Positions 26,176-35,770 of a stretch of 64,000 nt of DNA are shown piece by piece. A program made the position numbers and the translations under genes. Under the pieces are notes generated by a model that was given only the letters and a program-made list of their open reading frames with translations, did no database searches and had not been told where the DNA came from. This DNA comes from Dehalococcoidia bacterium (GTDB lineage Bacteria > Chloroflexota > Dehalococcoidia > Lucifugimonadales > UBA3495). Every line of letters starts with the position of its first letter. Positions within the stretch are counted from its first letter, which is position 1. Location: the NCBI GenBank assembly GCA_963664375.1, contig OY761449.1:2315087-2379086 (forward strand). Direction: 5' to 3'.

Positions 26176-26243
26176 CTCATGGTGAGCTTGTCGAACCACC
26201 AGCGGCTTGAACCGGCATCCTTCGACAAGCTCAGAATGAGTGG
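26176..26243. repeat. Family-D repeat (ATGGTGAGCTTGTCGAACCAC... with a 12-bp inverted repeat GAGCTTGTCGAA/TTCGACAAGCTC)
   Basis: The inverted repeat lies at 26183-26194 and 26221-26232. A partial copy (atggtgagcctgtcgaaccac) is at 55061-55081. Confidence 0.7.
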
Positions 26244-26323
26244 ACGACAGGTTCGCCACGAGTGGGCGCCAGTGGATAACGTTACTTCGCAAAGGCCCTG
26301 CTCATTTCCTTCCTGCTGTTGAT

Positions 26324-26809
26324 TCAGGACACCAGCGCGTTTTCGAACAACGCATCCAGCACGTCGGACAGGCCGATGACCACGACGCCGATTACCAGCA
26401 GCGCCATCGGGCTGGTGGCCCGGCGGACGGCCCGGCGCAGTGTCCCCGTCCCCTCATCTTCCGATGGCCCGTAATCTCCTCGCCGCACGATGCGTACCAC
26501 GTAGAACATGAACAGCGCCAGCGCAATCTTGACGCCGAGGACAATTGCGTAGGGAACCGTGGCCCCCTCGCCGGTCAACCGGGCCACTGACAGGATCACG
26601 CCCGTCAGCAGCAGAACCGCGATGGCCGTGGCGACGAGGCCGCGAAATTCGTCCCTGATCGCCGTTCCGGTCTCCGGGGGCATTCCCTGTGACCGCCGGA
26701 TGGCAGGACGCAGCACCATCAGGTAAAAGATGCCGCCGCCCACCCAGGCCACGGCGGACACGGCATGCCCCCACCGGATGATGACCAGTATCCAGTCTAA
26801 AACGCCCAT
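26324..26809 (-). CDS. Integral membrane protein (about 4 TM helices), CopD-like
   Basis: Hydrophobic helices throughout, with an N-terminal WGHAVSAVAWVGG motif reminiscent of the CopD/DUF-type membrane families. The assignment is tentative. Confidence 0.5.
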   Translation of the reverse strand: MGVLDWILVIIRWGHAVSAVAWVGGGIFYLMVLRPAIRRSQGMPPETGTAIRDEFRGLVATAIAVLLLTGVILSVARLTGEGATVPYAIVLGVKIALALFMFYVVRIVRRGDYGPSEDEGTGTLRRAVRRATSPMALLVIGVVVIGLSDVLDALFENALVS

Positions 26810-26859
26810 TCACATCCGCACACTGATGGTCTTGGCTGAGGCGGCACTAACAGCCGGAG

Positions 26860-27354
26860 CTACCCATCAATCAACTCTCGCACAATACCGGTTAACTGTC
26901 CCGCGTCCATGGTGCTCACGAATGTCTCCGCGACCCTGCCCTTCCGGTCAATGAACCATGTGGTAGGGTAGAACTCGATCCCGTAGGTCGATGCTATGGT
27001 CTTCCGGTGGTCCGTTGCGAAGTCGAAGGTTAATCCAAACTCGCTCACGAACTCGCGGGCCATTGCCTCGTTGTCGAACCCGCTTGGCACGAACAGCCCC
27101 AGAAACCGCACCGGCTCGCCCTCCAACCCCTCCCATGCCTTCTGGAATTCGGGCATTTCCTCCCGGCATGGCGCACAACTGGGATACCAGAAATTGATCA
27201 CCACTACGTTGTCGGCATACTCCTCGGACAGACGGAACTCCCCGCCATCGAACAGTTGCACCTCGAAATCCTGAGCTGTCTCCCCGCCACACGCCGTCGC
27301 TAGCAGCAGAAGCAGCAGCAATGCCAGTGGCAAGGATTTCAATTGACGGAACAT
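26860..27354 (-). CDS. TlpA-family thiol:disulfide oxidoreductase lipoprotein (thioredoxin fold)
   Basis: Lipobox LLLATAC after a signal peptide. WYPSCAPC CxxC active site. Start set to ATG 27354 (MFRQLKSLPL). Confidence 0.85.
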   Translation of the reverse strand: MFRQLKSLPLALLLLLLLATACGGETAQDFEVQLFDGGEFRLSEEYADNVVVINFWYPSCAPCREEMPEFQKAWEGLEGEPVRFLGLFVPSGFDNEAMAREFVSEFGLTFDFATDHRKTIASTYGIEFYPTTWFIDRKGRVAETFVSTMDAGQLTGIVRELIDG

Positions 27355-27436
27355 CGCACAATCCAGCCGGGGCCACGGCGCCATGGCATTCTATATGTGC
27401 CCCGCCCGCCTTTCAACGCGGGAGTCAGATTCAACC

Positions 27437-27464
27437 TTGACGGGAGAGCATCAGCCACTACAAT
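27437..27464 (+). promoter_or_regulatory. Candidate sigma-70-type promoter for the downstream SDR gene
   Basis: TTGACG (27437-27442), a 16-nt spacer, then TACAAT (27459-27464), about 45 nt upstream of ATG 27507. Confidence 0.45.
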
Positions 27465-27506
27465 CGTGGCAACGCCGGAACTCAAACGGAATCAGGAGGC
27501 AAACGC

Positions 27507-28256
27507 ATGCGACTGGAGAACAAGGTAGCGCTCATCAGTGGCGGCGCCCGCGGGATGGGCGCAGTGGAAGCGAAGCTGTTTGTTCAGGAAGGGGCCAAGG
27601 TCGTCATCGGCGACGTGCTGGACGACGAGGGCCGCCGCACCGAGGCCGAGATCAACGAGTCAGGCGGCGAGTGCGTTTTTGTCCATCTCGACGTCACCAG
27701 CGAGGAGTCGTGGCAGTCTGCGGTCAGCGCCGCCGTCGACCGCTTCGGCAAGCTGGACATCCTGGTCAACAACGCTGGCATCTACCGCACGCACAACGTC
27801 GCAGACACTTCCGAGGAAGAGTGGGACCAGGTGATGGACATCAACGCCAAGGGCGTCTTCCTCGGCACCAAGGCCGCCATCCCCGCCATGCGGGACAACG
27901 GTTCCGGCTCCATCGTCAATATTTCGTCGGTGGCGGGCCTGGTCGGAAACCTGATGTCCTCGGCCTACACGGCGTCCAAGGGCGCGGTGCGGCTGCTCAC
28001 CAAGTCTACCGCCATCCAGTACGCCCGCGACGGCATCCGCTGCAACTCGGTGCATCCGGGAACCATCGAAACGCCAATGACGGCCTCCATGCTGTCCGAC
28101 GAGGCCTATCGCGAGGACCGTCTCAACCGCACTCCCATCGGGCGGCTTGGCACGGCAGAGGATGTCGCCTACGGCGTGCTGTTCCTCTCCTCGGACGAAG
28201 CTTCGTTCATGACCGGCTCAGAACTGGTGATTGACGGCGGCCGCACGGCGGAGTAG
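27507..28256 (+). CDS. SDR family oxidoreductase
   Basis: ISGGARGMG Rossmann motif, NNAG, S..YTASK catalytic residues. AGGAGG RBS. Confidence 0.9.
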   Translation: MRLENKVALISGGARGMGAVEAKLFVQEGAKVVIGDVLDDEGRRTEAEINESGGECVFVHLDVTSEESWQSAVSAAVDRFGKLDILVNNAGIYRTHNVADTSEEEWDQVMDINAKGVFLGTKAAIPAMRDNGSGSIVNISSVAGLVGNLMSSAYTASKGAVRLLTKSTAIQYARDGIRCNSVHPGTIETPMTASMLSDEAYREDRLNRTPIGRLGTAEDVAYGVLFLSSDEASFMTGSELVIDGGRTAE

Positions 28257-28295
28257 TCGCAGTAACGTACAATTGCGGCCATGCAATTCAAAATT

Positions 28296-28323
28296 GTAGG
28301 GGCGCACAGTCGTGCGCCCCTAC
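28296..28323. repeat. Family-C hairpin repeat
   Basis: gtaggggcgcacagtcgtgcgcccctac, 40 nt after the SDR stop. Confidence 0.85.
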
Positions 28324-28357
28324 GCTCGGTTCACTCCAACCACCACAGCTCCAGGGA

Positions 28358-28398
28358 TTTCTCCCCCGCCCTAACCCTCCCACGCTGGGGGAGGGAAT
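28358..28398 (+). repeat. REP-A element (diverged)
   Basis: tttctcccccgccctaaccctcccacgctgggggagggaat. Confidence 0.75.
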
Positions 28399-28402
28399 CT
28401 GG

Positions 28403-30160
28403 CTATCGCCCCATTGCGTAGCCGTCGCGCCGGGGGTCTGCGCCACCGCTGAGACCGCCGCGCTCGTGGTCCACCTTGACGCCGCACAGGCACCCCATGC
28501 GTGGCGTGAAGTCGTCCCATACCTCCACCCGGTGGCCTCGGCTGGACAGTTCGGCTACCACGTTCCTGTCCATCCGGCCCTCTACGCCGACGAGGCCCGG
28601 GTGGTAGGCGTGGGGCCAGAATGAGTTGGGGAAACTCCAGGTCGAGAACCGGGGAGCCTCGACCGCCTGCTGGACGTCCATCCCGAACTCCATCACGTTC
28701 AGGAACATCTGGACCATCGACTGCGGCTGAACGTCTCCGCCCGGGGTGCCGAAGGGCAGCAGCGGCTTGCCGTCCCGCATCGCCAGGGCCGGGTTTGGCG
28801 TGAGGCGCGGTCGCTTGCCCGGTTGCAGGCCGCTGGGGTGGTCGGGGTCAAGCCAAGTCTGGGAGCCGCGGGACGACGCGATAAACCCCAGGCCGGGGAT
28901 GATGGGCGACGTGCCGAAGCTGTCGCTGGGCGTGGCCGAGAAGGCGTTGCCCCAGCGGTCCACCACGCAGGCGTAGCTGGTGTCGGCAGGCAGCCCGCCC
29001 GCCACCAGTTCGGGACGCGCCGGGTGGCCGTTGCGGGCTGGCATGCCCTGGTGCGGCCAGGGGTCGCCGGACAGCGGCATCTCGGAGAAGGCGCGGGACG
29101 GGTCGATACCGCCCCGGCGCTCTTCCGCATACGACTTGGACAGCAGCCCGTCCATGGGAACTTCCACGAAATCGGGGTCTCCGATGTACGCCTCGCGGTC
29201 GCTGAAGGCCAGCTTGAGGGCCTCAATGACCGTGTGAGCATAGGCCGCCGAGTTGTGGCCCATCCCCTTGAGGTCGAACCCCTCAAGGATCTGTAACGTT
29301 TGCAAGTTGACCGGGCCCTGGCACCAGGGGCCGCAGGCGTAGACCTGAATGCCCTTGTAGTCGATGGACGGCGGAATATCGACGCCTACGCTGAACTCCG
29401 CCATGTCCTCCATGGAGAGGAAACCGCCCTCACCCTGAACGAATCTGACGATTTCCTCGGCGATTTCGCCCTTGTAGAAGAAATCGCGCGCGGCCTGGAG
29501 CGCGGCCTCTCTGCCCTGTCCCGCATTGTCGCGCTCGACCTCGATCAGGCGACGGAAAGTGCGAGCCAGGTCTTTCTGTACGAGAATGTCCCCGATGTCT
29601 GGGCGGCGTCCGCCCGGGAAGAACACGGCCGCCGTGGACGGCCAGCGCCCATCGCCGTCGGAGTCGCCGATCAGCGAGTCGCCGGTGTTGGCCAGCGCGG
29701 ATTGCAACGTCGCCGGGATGGGGAACCCTCCCTCGGCCAGCTCCAGCGCCGGCGTCACGACCTGCTCGAACGACATGGTGCCGTAGAGCCTGAGCGCCGT
29801 GATCCATGCATCCGCCGCTGACGGCGTGACTGTCCTCAGCACGCCAGGAGGCAGTTGGCTGTCGCAGTTCTTCACGAAGTAGTCGATGCTGGCAGCCTTG
29901 GGCCAGCGCCCCAGACCACTGATCGACCTGGTCTCGCCGCTGGCCGCGTCGTGGATGATAATGGGGGCGACGCCGCCAAAGCCGGTCCACTGCGGCAGGG
30001 TCACGTTGATGGCGATTCCTGCGGCAACCCCGGCATCCGTGGCGTTTCCGCCCTGCTCCAGGATGCGGAAACCAGCGGCGGTCGCCAGGTAATGTCCGCT
30101 GGACACCATGTGATTTGCTCCGGTAACCAGTGGACGATAGGTTCGTATTCCCAGGGCCAA
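28403..30160 (-). CDS. Gamma-glutamyltransferase family protein
   Basis: 585 aa. N-terminal GGNATDAGVAAG motif and overall GGT-like length and pattern. TTG start with GGGGGTGA upstream. Confidence 0.8.
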   Translation of the reverse strand: MALGIRTYRPLVTGANHMVSSGHYLATAAGFRILEQGGNATDAGVAAGIAINVTLPQWTGFGGVAPIIIHDAASGETRSISGLGRWPKAASIDYFVKNCDSQLPPGVLRTVTPSAADAWITALRLYGTMSFEQVVTPALELAEGGFPIPATLQSALANTGDSLIGDSDGDGRWPSTAAVFFPGGRRPDIGDILVQKDLARTFRRLIEVERDNAGQGREAALQAARDFFYKGEIAEEIVRFVQGEGGFLSMEDMAEFSVGVDIPPSIDYKGIQVYACGPWCQGPVNLQTLQILEGFDLKGMGHNSAAYAHTVIEALKLAFSDREAYIGDPDFVEVPMDGLLSKSYAEERRGGIDPSRAFSEMPLSGDPWPHQGMPARNGHPARPELVAGGLPADTSYACVVDRWGNAFSATPSDSFGTSPIIPGLGFIASSRGSQTWLDPDHPSGLQPGKRPRLTPNPALAMRDGKPLLPFGTPGGDVQPQSMVQMFLNVMEFGMDVQQAVEAPRFSTWSFPNSFWPHAYHPGLVGVEGRMDRNVVAELSSRGHRVEVWDDFTPRMGCLCGVKVDHERGGLSGGADPRRDGYAMGR

Positions 30161-30324
30161 GGTTCACCCCCGCAGTTCTGATTTCGACGGATCCGGCGAT
30201 GCGCAAGATGCAACGCGGTTGCGCACACGGAGTTGCCGGGTATGATATGGATGCCGTCCGGGGGTGTCAACAAACGCCGGAAATCATCCCTGCGCCAATT
30301 TCCTGCCGGAGAAAGCCAAGCCGA

Positions 30325-30669
30325 ATGCTCATAGAAGTCGAAGTCATCGCTGGCGACAACAGTCCCCTTGACCTGCACCGAATGTTCGACCTGCTCGAAG
30401 ACCCGCGCCCGGTGTCGCGGGTGATGGCGCCCGATCCCACGGGCCGGGACGTCTGGTGCGATGTCACAGGCTGGGACGCGGGATCGCCATGCCAGGCGCT
30501 GGCCGCCTTGGCGGAGGACTCGGGCGAGGGCGTAGTGCTGCTGGTCTACGGCGGGGACGAAGGCGTGCGGCTCAGGCCCGCTGATTCGCCCGGCGACTGG
30601 GACGTTGGGGACAGCGATCAATGGGGCGAGGCCTGCCTGATGCTGGGGCACGAGTCGCCCTGCGAGTAG
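30325..30669 (+). CDS. Hypothetical acidic protein (114 aa)
   Basis: High GC3 in this frame and GGAGAAAG upstream. No motif recognised. The overlapping minus-strand ORF 30001-30651 has R/P/G-rich shadow composition. Confidence 0.45.
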   Translation: MLIEVEVIAGDNSPLDLHRMFDLLEDPRPVSRVMAPDPTGRDVWCDVTGWDAGSPCQALAALAEDSGEGVVLLVYGGDEGVRLRPADSPGDWDVGDSDQWGEACLMLGHESPCE

Positions 30670-30685
30670 TCACGGCTCCGGCGGG

Positions 30686-31984
30686 CTAAAAGACCGGCGC
30701 AGACAACTCCCGGACTAAGTACGCTACTGCGCTCTCGAGTGCGGGTGCGTCCTCCCAGCCGCGCATGTCGATGGTGAGGCCCTCGCGGAGCCCGTTGCAA
30801 AGACGGTCCTGGCGCTGATAGAAGGCTTCACCGGCCCCCAGCGCGATCAGATTGGCCTGTCCCCCCTGCTTTGCGGAACGGACCAGCTCGGAGAAGAACC
30901 GGCTGGTCAGCGGGTTCTCCAACCCCGCGTCGGTGCATAGCAGCGCCAGCCTGTCGTAATACACCGTATGGTCCAGCGAGGATTCGCCGGTATTCAATGC
31001 CTCTTCGTCGTCCGGGTACAAGGCCCAGGCCGGGATATGGGCTTGGGAAAGACTTTGGCAAAGCCGCTCGGAAATCTCGGAATCCGCCAGGGAACCGATT
31101 AGCAGCAATGTAGGGAACGTCCTCCGCTGTCCCGTGAGGACATCCTGGGCGGAAATCAGGGGTTCGGCAACGCCAGCCCCTTGCAGAAAGACGCGGGGAA
31201 TTCTGCCGCCTGAGCGAGCGAGCGTGTCTAGCGTAATGCTGCTCGGCGCTCCGTGAAGCATGGATTCCAGGCCAATGACCGAGCGAAGGTCACAATTGGC
31301 GAAGAGAGAACCACCGGCTACTGCCCGGTGCAGAATCGAGCTTTCGAAATCCGCCTTGGTGATTCTCGCGCCGCGCAGGTCCGCGCCCGTGAGGTTCGCC
31401 ATCGTCAGCGACGTGGCGGTAAGCGTCGCGCCCCGCAGGTTGGCGTTGGTCAGGGTCGCCCAGGAAAAATCAGTGGAGGTCAGGTCTGCGCCGCTCAGGT
31501 CCGCGCCGTCCAGGTCTGAGTACGACAGGTCTGCGTAGGACAGGTCTGCGCCCTTCAGCACCGCATGGCTCAGGATGGCATTGGGCAGCCTGGCGCGGCA
31601 CAGCGAGGCGCCAGTCATCTGGCTCCCGGCAAGAGTGGCGCGCGGCATGTTGGCCCGGAACAGGTGCGCCCCGGTCATCAGGGCGCCGGAAAGATCGGCC
31701 ATCCGCAGGTCAACCCCGGTCAGGTCGGCCCCGCTCAGGTCGTCGTGCCGCAGGTCGGCGTTGGGCAGCTTGATGCCGCTCAGGAAGGATCCCGACAAGT
31801 CCAGCGACGGTCGCCCGTAGATGAACTCCGGCGTAAAGGTCTCGCTCGCCGCCCGGTCTTCCAAGCGGTATCCCAGGTCAAAGGTCGGCACCCGGTCGTT
31901 GGGGCTGCGGAAGGTGAGTTCCCGCCACCGGGCGATTGCATTGGGCCCTGACCGGGCGAGGCTGACGTGTTCCGGGACTGCCAA
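30686..31984 (-). CDS. Pentapeptide-repeat protein with a C-terminal alpha/beta domain (TIR-like by eye)
   Basis: About 170 aa of A(D/N)LxG pentapeptide repeats (ADLSGADLTGVDLRMADLSGALMTGAHL...). The C-terminal 140 aa (TLLLIGSLADSEISERLCQSL..IPAWALYPDD..) resemble a TIR/flavodoxin-like fold. TTG start with a GAGGTG RBS. Confidence 0.7.
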   Translation of the reverse strand: MAVPEHVSLARSGPNAIARWRELTFRSPNDRVPTFDLGYRLEDRAASETFTPEFIYGRPSLDLSGSFLSGIKLPNADLRHDDLSGADLTGVDLRMADLSGALMTGAHLFRANMPRATLAGSQMTGASLCRARLPNAILSHAVLKGADLSYADLSYSDLDGADLSGADLTSTDFSWATLTNANLRGATLTATSLTMANLTGADLRGARITKADFESSILHRAVAGGSLFANCDLRSVIGLESMLHGAPSSITLDTLARSGGRIPRVFLQGAGVAEPLISAQDVLTGQRRTFPTLLLIGSLADSEISERLCQSLSQAHIPAWALYPDDEEALNTGESSLDHTVYYDRLALLCTDAGLENPLTSRFFSELVRSAKQGGQANLIALGAGEAFYQRQDRLCNGLREGLTIDMRGWEDAPALESAVAYLVRELSAPVF

Positions 31985-32079
31985 GGACTACACCTCAGCA
32001 TCCCGGAACAATTGCAGAACAAGCATCGCGGGGTCTGCGCTCAGTGCGTCCCGGTACAGCAGCGGGTCCACTTTTGACA

Positions 32080-33225
32080 CTAACCCCGGCCAGCGAAGGC
32101 AGGCATCACTTCGCGGGAGAAGATTTCCAACTGCCTGCTTAGTTCGTGCCAGGGCATCCCCTCCGGCCACTGTAAAACGATGTCCTCCAGCCCAGGATAC
32201 TTCTCCTCCAGTTCTTGGAGGGTGTCGATAAACACGTCGGGAGGGCCGCAGATCCACGCCCTTTGCTGTACCCCGTCCTCCACTGTCGGCGTGCGCGCCG
32301 GAGCGCCGGGGGTGCCCCACATGCGTCCCTGCTCGTCGGTGTAGCGCACCAGGCCGAAGGGCGCGAACCACTTGTAGCGCTCGTCGTGGAAGGGGCGCAC
32401 CCGCTCCACTGCTTTCTCGACCGAATCGTCGATGAAGAACCCGAATCCGAGGGCCAAGTCCTGCCCAAGCTCCAGCTCGCGGCCTGCCTCGGCGGCGGCT
32501 TGCTGGTAGGCACCGAAGAACTGCTCCACGATCCTCTCGCCGGTCAGGGCGGTCATTCCCTTGATGCCTTTCCTGGCGATGAAGTCGATGGTGCGCCCGC
32601 TGGTCACTGGCTGCCAGATGTCCACCGGCAGGTTCAGCGGGCGGGGCACCAGCGTCACCTCTTTCAACGGGTAACCGCGATAGGGCACGTCCGGAGGAAT
32701 CTGGTAGTGCTTGCCGTGGTGACTGAAAGATTCTTCGTTGAAGGCCTTCAGGATTATTTCGACCTGCTCCTCGAACAGCTCGCGGTTGGCGTCCTGGTCC
32801 AGCAAGGGCGCACCGAAGGTCTCCACCTCGCGGGTCTGGTAGCCCCGGCCGATGCCGAACACCAGCCGACCGCCAGTGAGCACGTCGCCCATGGCGAAAT
32901 CCTCGGCCAGCCGTAGCGGGTGCCACATTGGGACGATGTTGAACGCCGCGCCGAACTTCAGGTTCTTGGTGTGGGCGGCCAAGTGAACCCCCAGTAGCGT
33001 CAGGTTGGGGATGCACTCATACCCCTCGCGCTGGAAGTGGTGTTCCGCCGCCCAAAGGCAGTGGAACCCGGACTCGTCCATCTGCTTTGCCAGCGCCATG
33101 GCGTGGTCGAATGACTGCACCAGTTGCCTGTTGGAGTAACGGCGCCCGTCGGGGTCGCGCCCGTCTGCGCCCACGTCGTCAAGGTCGATCTGGCCCACGT
33201 AGAGAACTGAAAAACGCTTGATCAT
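32080..33225 (-). CDS. LLM-class (luciferase-like) flavin-dependent monooxygenase
   Basis: Starts at ATG 33225 (MIKRFSVLYVG). Contains WAAEHHF and GRLVFGIGRGY motifs. The 627-aa ORF in the track is an upstream extension overlapping the next gene. Confidence 0.85.
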   Translation of the reverse strand: MIKRFSVLYVGQIDLDDVGADGRDPDGRRYSNRQLVQSFDHAMALAKQMDESGFHCLWAAEHHFQREGYECIPNLTLLGVHLAAHTKNLKFGAAFNIVPMWHPLRLAEDFAMGDVLTGGRLVFGIGRGYQTREVETFGAPLLDQDANRELFEEQVEIILKAFNEESFSHHGKHYQIPPDVPYRGYPLKEVTLVPRPLNLPVDIWQPVTSGRTIDFIARKGIKGMTALTGERIVEQFFGAYQQAAAEAGRELELGQDLALGFGFFIDDSVEKAVERVRPFHDERYKWFAPFGLVRYTDEQGRMWGTPGAPARTPTVEDGVQQRAWICGPPDVFIDTLQELEEKYPGLEDIVLQWPEGMPWHELSRQLEIFSREVMPAFAGRG

Positions 33226-33293
33226 TTGCCTGTCTCGATTGAAATGGGATACCGGGCACACCCGGCACAGCCATAGAGTATAGCACGGAGATG

Positions 33294-34505
33294 CTACACC
33301 GCCACGACGCCGCGGGCGAGCAGGCCGTCGATCTGGATGGGCGTGTAGCCCAGCTCGGCCAGCACTTCGGCGGTGTGCTGGCCGGTGACGCTGCCCGGGT
33401 GGCGCACCTTGCCGGGAGTATCCGACAAATGGAACGGGATACCCGGCTGCGTTACCTTGCCCTCCGGCACGCCCGGCGCTTCCAGTTCGACCACCATGCC
33501 GCGCTCCACCGCTTGGGCATCCGCCAGGGCCTCCTCGAGGTCGTAGACCTTGCCGACGGAGATGTTTGCTTCCTTGAGGGATTCGAACCACTCGTCTCGT
33601 GTTTTGGTCAGGAACACGCCCTCCAGCGTTGCGGCAATCTCGGCTCGCTTTTCCTCCCCGGCGCTCTGGTGTGGGATCAGGTCCTCTCGCCCTATGGAGC
33701 GGCACAGGTTCTCCCAGAACCAGGGTTCGATGGCGGCGATGGAGAAATACTTGCCGTCGGCGGTGCGGTAGACGTTGTAGTAGGGGGAACCGCCGTTCAG
33801 CCGGTTGCCGCCGCGAGTGGCCTTGTAACCCTGCGACAATGCGTCGGCGATGGCGCCGCAAAGCATGTACAGCACGCCCTCGGTCATTGCGATGTCCACG
33901 TACTGGCCCTGTCCGGTCTTCTCGCGGGCCATCAGCGCGGCCAGGATGCCCACCGCTCCGCACAGCCCGCCGCCAGCGTAGTCGGCGATGAGATTGAGCG
34001 GAATGACTGGCTTGCCGTCGGGCGAGTCGCCGATGAGACCCAGGGCGCCTGCGAAAGAAATGTAGTTTATGTCGTGTCCGGCCATCTGCGAGTATGGGCC
34101 CGTCTGGCCGTACCCGGAGACCGAGCAGTAGACGGCGCGGGGGTTGATTTCCTTGACCTGCCGGTATCCCACGCCAAGCCGGTCCACGACGCCGGGCCGG
34201 AACCCCTCGACAACCACGTCGGCGTCGGCGGCCAGCCTGCGGAACACTTCCATCGACTCGGTGGCCTTGAGGTTCAGGGCGATGCTGCGCTTGTTGCGTT
34301 GCAGGGCGTTGAAGGAGGCGTGGCGGCGCTCGTCCTCGGGGCTTTCGATGCCCGCGACGATACGCTCGTAGGCGGCGCGGGTCTCGTCCATGGGCCGTTC
34401 CACCATCAGCACTTCGGCCCCCAAATCCGCGAGAATCATGGTGGCGAACATCCCTGGCGCGTTGCGGCAGAAGTCCAGTACCTTTATTCCCTCAAGGGCC
34501 AGCAT
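33294..34505 (-). CDS. Family III CoA-transferase (CaiB/BaiF-type)
   Basis: LEGIKVLDF...APGMFATMILADLGAEV N-terminus and GHDINY motif. ATG 34505 has GGAGGA 8 nt upstream. Confidence 0.9.
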   Translation of the reverse strand: MLALEGIKVLDFCRNAPGMFATMILADLGAEVLMVERPMDETRAAYERIVAGIESPEDERRHASFNALQRNKRSIALNLKATESMEVFRRLAADADVVVEGFRPGVVDRLGVGYRQVKEINPRAVYCSVSGYGQTGPYSQMAGHDINYISFAGALGLIGDSPDGKPVIPLNLIADYAGGGLCGAVGILAALMAREKTGQGQYVDIAMTEGVLYMLCGAIADALSQGYKATRGGNRLNGGSPYYNVYRTADGKYFSIAAIEPWFWENLCRSIGREDLIPHQSAGEEKRAEIAATLEGVFLTKTRDEWFESLKEANISVGKVYDLEEALADAQAVERGMVVELEAPGVPEGKVTQPGIPFHLSDTPGKVRHPGSVTGQHTAEVLAELGYTPIQIDGLLARGVVAV

Positions 34506-34573
34506 CGCAGTATCCTCCGTAGGCAAATAGCGCGGCGGGATGGATTATAAGGGATTGTCTGAATCAGGTAAGA

Positions 34574-34702
34574 CTTACACAGTTGGACAAAATTCCCTCC
34601 CCCTCAAAGCGAATGTCTTCGGGGCAGATTGTCGACGAGCTTACACAGTTCTACAAAATTCCCTCTCCCTTAAGGGGGAGGGTTAGGGTGGGGGTGAAAT
34701 CC
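34574..34702 (-). repeat. Duplicated REP-A locus: one truncated and one complete copy, each preceded by the same about 20-bp flank
   Basis: cttacacagttggacaaaattccctccccctc (34574-34605) versus cttacacagttctacaaaattccctctccctt (34640-34671). The complete hairpin with the GGTTAGGGTGGGGGTGAA tail runs 34658-34701. Confidence 0.8.
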
Positions 34703-34827
34703 TCGCTTCAGACACCGTATCCAACTGTGCAACTCCTATCCCGATTCAGACAATCGCCGCCGTGCAGGACTCCCCTGCCCGCACTATAATCCCCGCAGAT
34801 ATGTTCATCGGTATGAAGGAGTGAATC

Positions 34828-35604
34828 ATGGATCTCGGATTGCAGGGCAGAGTCGCAATGGTCACGGGAGGCAGCCACGGCTTAGGATTGCAGGCCGCCA
34901 GCGCCCTGGGACGCGAGGGATGCAAGGTCGCCATCTGCGCCCGCGGCGCGGAGCAGCTTGAGGAGGCGCGCGCCAGTCTCGCCAGCGCTGGCGTCGAGGC
35001 CATTGCGGTGCAAGCCGACGTCACCAGCCAGGACGACCGGGTGAGGTTCCACGAGGAGACCAGATCGGCCTTGGGCGAGTGCGACATTCTGGTCAACAAC
35101 GCGGGCGGACGGCGCGGCACCAACGACTTCGTGGAGACGGGCATGGAACGTTTCCGCGAGGGTCTGGAGTTCAACCTGCTGAGCGCGGTGGAACTGGCAT
35201 ACCTGGTTTTGCCTCACATGCGCGATCAGATGTGGGGACGCATAATCAGTATCTCGTCGATCTACGGGCGGGAATACGGCGGCTCCGTGGATTACATGAC
35301 GGGGAAGGCGGGGCTGATCGCTTTCTCCAAGCACCTGGCGCTGAACCTTGCGCCGGAAAACGTGCTGGTCAACTGCATCGCCCCCGGTTCCATAGATTTC
35401 CCAGGCAGCACCTGGGACCGCTTCCAGCAGAACAACCCACCGGAGGTCGTGGACGAGTTCATAGCCCGCAACCTGCCCGCTGGTAAGTTCGGCTGGCCGG
35501 AGCCCATCGGAGAGACGGTGGCCTTCCTCGCGTCCGACCGTGCCGACCTGATCACCGGCACCTGCCTGAACATCGACGGCGGGCAATCCCGCTCCCTGTT
35601 CTAG
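34828..35604 (+). CDS. SDR family oxidoreductase
   Basis: VTGGSHGLG Rossmann motif, NNAG, S..Y..GK catalytic region. Confidence 0.85.
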   Translation: MDLGLQGRVAMVTGGSHGLGLQAASALGREGCKVAICARGAEQLEEARASLASAGVEAIAVQADVTSQDDRVRFHEETRSALGECDILVNNAGGRRGTNDFVETGMERFREGLEFNLLSAVELAYLVLPHMRDQMWGRIISISSIYGREYGGSVDYMTGKAGLIAFSKHLALNLAPENVLVNCIAPGSIDFPGSTWDRFQQNNPPEVVDEFIARNLPAGKFGWPEPIGETVAFLASDRADLITGTCLNIDGGQSRSLF

Positions 35605-35770
35605 GGAGTGTTCGCAAACTATAACCAGAGTAGCAGTGCCCCGATTTGCAGCATTGCCGGATAGTTTTCGGCCCCGTCACCACCTGGTCGGGGAGGTCCG
35701 CGTGCAAGTGCTGATAGTGGCCCAAGCGCCGTAGCATACCTCTGGTATACTGCGGCCCTTGGGAGGACAG

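Noticed and set aside
32080-33963. 627-aa ORF in the track
   Set aside because: Only the C-terminal 381 aa (from ATG 33225, MIKRFSVLYVG) look like an LLM monooxygenase. The N-terminal 245 aa are R/G/P-rich shadow sequence overlapping the well-supported CoA-transferase gene on the same strand in another frame.
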